A DNA stretch of 61,593 nt, the filler included, from Aduncisulcus paluster (taxonomy: Eukaryota), in the NCBI GenBank assembly GCA_024181965.1. It is 6 parts of 6 records of this genome, joined end to end, with 100 filler letters (N's around TTAATTAATTAA, not from the genome) between each part and the next. Parts side by side here need not be neighbours in the genome. Positions count along the whole stretch, not along the records: positions 54,871 to 61,593 come from BQXS01010847.1; 5 more parts are not named here. The stretch is one strand, 5' to 3'. Shown piece after piece: positions 57,801 to 61,593 of this stretch. The translations under genes and the position numbers were made by a program. Numbering within the stretch: position 1 is the stretch's first letter; every line of letters starts with the position of its first letter. The notes below the pieces were generated by a model. The model worked only from the letters and a program-made list of their open reading frames with translations, made no database searches and was not told the origin of the DNA.

Positions 57801-59989
57801 CCTGTCTTATCAGTCTTGGCTTCAATGGCCTTGATTTCACGGCAACAAAGCTGACGCAAGAGACGAGCAGCACTCGTACGAACATGTGGGTCAGCATGAC
57901 ACAAATAAATGCATAAAATGGCCTCTAGACGCATCCTAATATTACGGAAGGCAACCTCAGGGACATTGACGGCAGATCTGTTAATGATGGTGCTAGAGCC
58001 ATCGTCAATGGCCGAAGAAGAAGGGTGCGCATGCTTTCCTTTCCGGAGAGAGGAAGAAGAGGCAGACTTTGGCAAATCACGATCTCTGGTAACTTTCTCT
58101 TCATCAGTATCACTGTCATCGATGGAGCTAGAGTCATCTGTAGCTGCAACAGCTCGTCTGTACGTATCCAAGACAATTGTAAAGTTGTTGAAGACTCTGT
58201 TGAGACTCGTTGAACCCTCACGAAGGTCTCGGAGTTCCCGCAAGAGAAGATGGTAGATCACAACGAGAACAGGGGTGAAATTAATCTCAGGGAATTGTCT
58301 GAGGAACTCCACAAGACTCTTGGCAGCAGAGTTAGCGATCTCTCGGTCATCGCTCTTACTCAGATTCCCAATAACGAGCAGAAGCTTCTTTCTCTCGAGC
58401 TGATTGGAAGTGCCCAGTGTAGGGAAGCATGATATTGTGTTCTTGCACAGCATAAGACTGATTTCTTTCGCAGGGCCAGGTGGTTGATGCTCAGCAGCCT
58501 GGCCAAGAGAGAGGTACTGGAAGAGAGGCTTATACAGAGTACTGACATGTTCTTGAAGCTCCTTTGTCTTGTCAATAGGCTCCCCATTTGGTTTTTTCTG
58601 AGAGCATGATGCCAAGGCCGATAAAGCAGCCAACACAATGCAACGTAGACGGGGGTGGACCTCTTTGGGTGGGGCATTGACCACCGTGCGCATCTCTCCA
58701 ATTGTGGACTGGAAGTTCTTGGAAGCAGCTGAAACGAGGAGACGACGCATCATCTGGTGCTCTGTCTCAGCGATGGGAGGGGAAAAATCGTTACGACGCA
58801 TAATGATGGTCTTCACAACAGTCTCGATCTGGGAAGAGAATGCAACCTGAGTCGTCTGTTGTTCTTCTGGATACTCAATGAAATAACGGGATAAAATGTT
58901 GAAAAGCTCTTCTCTGTTCCGTTTATCCTGATCTTGCTTTCCAGATTTCTTTGTAATGAGGGTGGCAAGATTCATTACGAAATATGTCGGAATTACGATT
59001 CCTCCTTTTGCTTTCTGGTTAATGAATGTACGATTACCAAGACGACACATCAATTCCATTGTGCTATAGCAGAAAACAGTGTGTTTCTTATTAGTACTCC
59101 ATTTCTCAATAATTGAATAAATTTCAAGGTAAAACTCCCAGAAATCTTTCGATTTTGACTCATCCAAGCTCAATAATTGCTGTCTTGTGGTAGGATCGGC
59201 CATGACGGCTGTTGTAGATAGGAATCTGGAGAAGAGCGCCGATATAATGGTACATATCTCCTGTTTTAACACACCACGATTGGTTTTTTGCATCAGTACC
59301 TTTAAACCATTGAGGAATCTCATTGAAACGCCACCTTCTTCGATTGTCCGGAAGGAGAAATAGAGTCTTGGAATAATGCGAACATACATGACAACTTCAC
59401 GCTCTTTTTTCTCACCCTTAACCTCTTTGAATTTCTGTAAAAGTAAATCAACAATCAAAGGTCTTATACCATCATGTCTGGATAGAACTCCAATGGTTTC
59501 ACGGGCTTCATACTTAACAGAATCATCACGATCATGTTGCAAACGAGAAAAAATTATTTCTATGAAGGATTTCAAATTAAAGGTCGTACACTCAGCTAAA
59601 AGTTGCATTTTACCTTTCTTTTCAATTTCTTCCAGTATCATCCGCACAGAACGAAGTAAAAAGAACTCAGGAAGATCAGACGTTACCTCTCCAAACATAT
59701 CATATGTTCCAGCACTATGGGGAAGAATAGAATAGTCGGGTTTCTGAAAAATGTCAGCCATCAACTCCTGAATAAGAGGAAAAGATTCTTTAGGATTCTT
59801 GGCACATTTTTCTATGAATAATCTTGAAGTATTTGTATAAAGAATGCGTAATTCTGAAGTAGAATACTGTGAAATCATATCAGAGTATTCGTCAGATTCT
59901 TGGCTTCGAAGTTCAAGAAATTGATCTTTCTTCTGCCTTTTTCCAAAAGAAATAAGAACACTTTTAAATAACCCGATGTGTTCTCTCAT
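54871..59989 (-). CDS. FRY: Furry/MOR2/Tao3(PAG1) cell-morphogenesis scaffold protein; 3'-partial
   Basis: Large helical-repeat protein; ARETIGVLSR, LKQEICTIISALF and RMRLEAILCIYLCHADPHVRTSAARLLR resemble the MOR2-PAG1 N-terminal domain; acidic insertions. Confidence 0.7.
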
Positions 59990-60297
59990 ATATTGTTGTC
60001 AAACAAGTGCCAGAAAATTTCTGTCCTGATTTCTACACTCCACACTGTCGAAAAAAATCTAGAAATGAGAAATAAATATTTTAATTAATTTTTATTAAAT
60101 ATTTTTGAATAAAATAATAATCGTGACACTATAGAATGAGGTGTTATATTGTGAGGAGCTGAGGTATGTTTCGAACATAGGAATATAAATTCCCAAACAA
60201 GACATTGCTAGCACAGATTAAGTTAATCTAATCGCAATATATGATTGCATAATTGCAAAATTGATCTAAAATTTGCTTGATAATAAACGAAACGAAT

Positions 60298-60753
60298 TCA
60301 TCCGATAGTTTCTTGAAGTTGGCCAGTCAATGCACCAATGACAGAAATAGATGATTTTATACTTGCTATTTTCTTTGTTTGTTCCTCGATCCTCTTTTCG
60401 AATTTTTCGATAAGTCGATCAGACTCGAAATAGGCTTCTGACACGCTATATCTTAAAAATATTTCCCCTCCAACATCCATAAACACAGTATCACGCTTAG
60501 TACCTGCAGCTTCTACCATCATTCCTGATCCAATATCATGAAGTACTACCAGAGGTGTTTCTTCAGGAATATCCTGCATTGTTAGAAGAGATGCTTGAAA
60601 ATCACTATATGCCTTAACTTTTGCCTGATATGATTGCCTAATACGGACGGCAATTTCAAGATCGCCGACCATTTGCTCACTGAATGATTCCATTTTGGCC
60701 ACGCGATCTTCTACTTCATCTCTCTCCAAAGGTTTATCAGATTCTTTTTCCAT
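60298..60753 (-). CDS. UXT: Prefoldin alpha-type subunit, UXT-like
   Basis: HDIGSGMMVEAA...DTVFMDVGGEIFLRYSVSEA beta-hairpins between coiled coils. Confidence 0.75.
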   Translation of the reverse strand: MEKESDKPLERDEVEDRVAKMESFSEQMVGDLEIAVRIRQSYQAKVKAYSDFQASLLTMQDIPEETPLVVLHDIGSGMMVEAAGTKRDTVFMDVGGEIFLRYSVSEAYFESDRLIEKFEKRIEEQTKKIASIKSSISVIGALTGQLQETIG

Positions 60754-60987
60754 ATTGTATTTTGGGACACCTTTAAATATTTTTTACGAGATAGCAGTTT
60801 GAATTTCGGAAGAAATCGATGATCCGACGGATGGATTACACTGTAATAGCATTAGCAAAAATTCCAATTACTTCTTTTGTTATTCTTTAATACCTGGCTT
60901 CAATTTCTGCTGTTTCACTGTATGAAATCCGTCATTTCTCACAGAAGTATATGTTTTCTTGTTTGATTCCCATTCATATCCAAATAC

Positions 60988-61593
60988 ATGCTTGAATTTA
61001 TTAGCTTTAGTTCTTTGTCCCTATCTTCTATGTATCCACTCAGTCTGGACGAGCTTTCAGCCAACAGTTCAACCGGATCACTAGGTAGTCTCATTGATTC
61101 CAATCAATCGTCATATTGGCAATCTAATCTTAGTTGTCCCCACAAAATATTTATAAAATTTTCAAGGCCTATTTTTGTTAAGTCTTTCTACGTTCACACG
61201 TCAAATGGGGACGGAAATTACCAACCAGATCGTCTTAAAATTACTTTTTCTGAAGAAGGTGGTGTGGAACATGCGACTACCCCAGATAGTACAGCAAGAA
61301 ATGATGGGTGGTCTGTCATTCCCTGCCCATCTCGGAGAAAGATAGAGAGAATTGAACTCTCTATCGAGTCAAACCATGATGGAGGATGTGATTGTCGAGT
61401 TCGTAATATCGCCGTTGAACAACTTAAGGGTGTGTTAGAAGAAGATAAAAAACAAATCCACTTGAAATCTCTCGCCAAAGACTTTCTCAAAATTATTCCT
61501 TCCGTCATTCTTGGAAAAGATGAAAAAGAGGAGAAACCACAGTTGATTGCTGAGGAAAAGGAAGGTATTCCTCCTGATTGTTCTGTAAAGTGT
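60988..61593 (+). CDS. DOC/APC10-domain protein; 3'-partial (not in ORF track), start uncertain
   Basis: Manual translation: SLIDSNQSSYWQSNLSCPHKIFIKF...DGNYQPDRLKI...DGWSVIP...IELSIESNHDGGCDCRVRNIAV; continues past the domain to the window end. Confidence 0.8.
   Translation, partial: MLEFISFSSLSLSSMYPLSLDELSANSSTGSLGSLIDSNQSSYWQSNLSCPHKIFIKFSRPIFVKSFYVHTSNGDGNYQPDRLKITFSEEGGVEHATTPDSTARNDGWSVIPCPSRRKIERIELSIESNHDGGCDCRVRNIAVEQLKGVLEEDKKQIHLKSLAKDFLKIIPSVILGKDEKEEKPQLIAEEKEGIPPDCSVKC

Noticed and set aside
1-61593. CRISPR arrays, rRNA, prokaryotic operons
   Set aside because: No repeat-spacer array or rRNA-like segment was seen, and the content is eukaryotic.

Overview
Eukaryotic, intron-poor, standard-code genomic DNA from a flagellated protist. 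Gene content and style suggest a free-living fornicate such as Aduncisulcus or a Carpediemonas-like organism; this is inference only. The window is six separate contigs joined by artificial 100-bp N-TTAATTAATTAA-N linkers, so adjacency across linkers is meaningless. Four 20-N gaps are also flanked by duplicated sequence (assembly overlap). Host genes: cytoplasmic dynein-2 heavy chain (missing from the ORF track because it runs off the window), Cdc20, a large orphan, a giant EGF/REJ-like type-I membrane protein, FAM228-like, Sec24, Gly-rich and LRR/EGF surface proteins, a spliced POLE3/Dpb4-like histone-fold gene, IFT122, TatD, a TTLL fragment, Furry/MOR2, UXT and a DOC-domain protein. Contig 47060-54770 is a nested transposon cluster. 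It holds two hAT-like transposases with a C2H2 finger, two chromodomain Ty3/gypsy-type integrases, two gag-like ORFs, very short (83-91 bp) LTRs including a solo LTR with a perfect TSD, and a 31-nt CA-tailed insertion with a 15-bp TSD. The most interesting element is a tRNA-like Pol III unit sitting inside an LTR retrotransposon just upstream of its PPT and 3' LTR.
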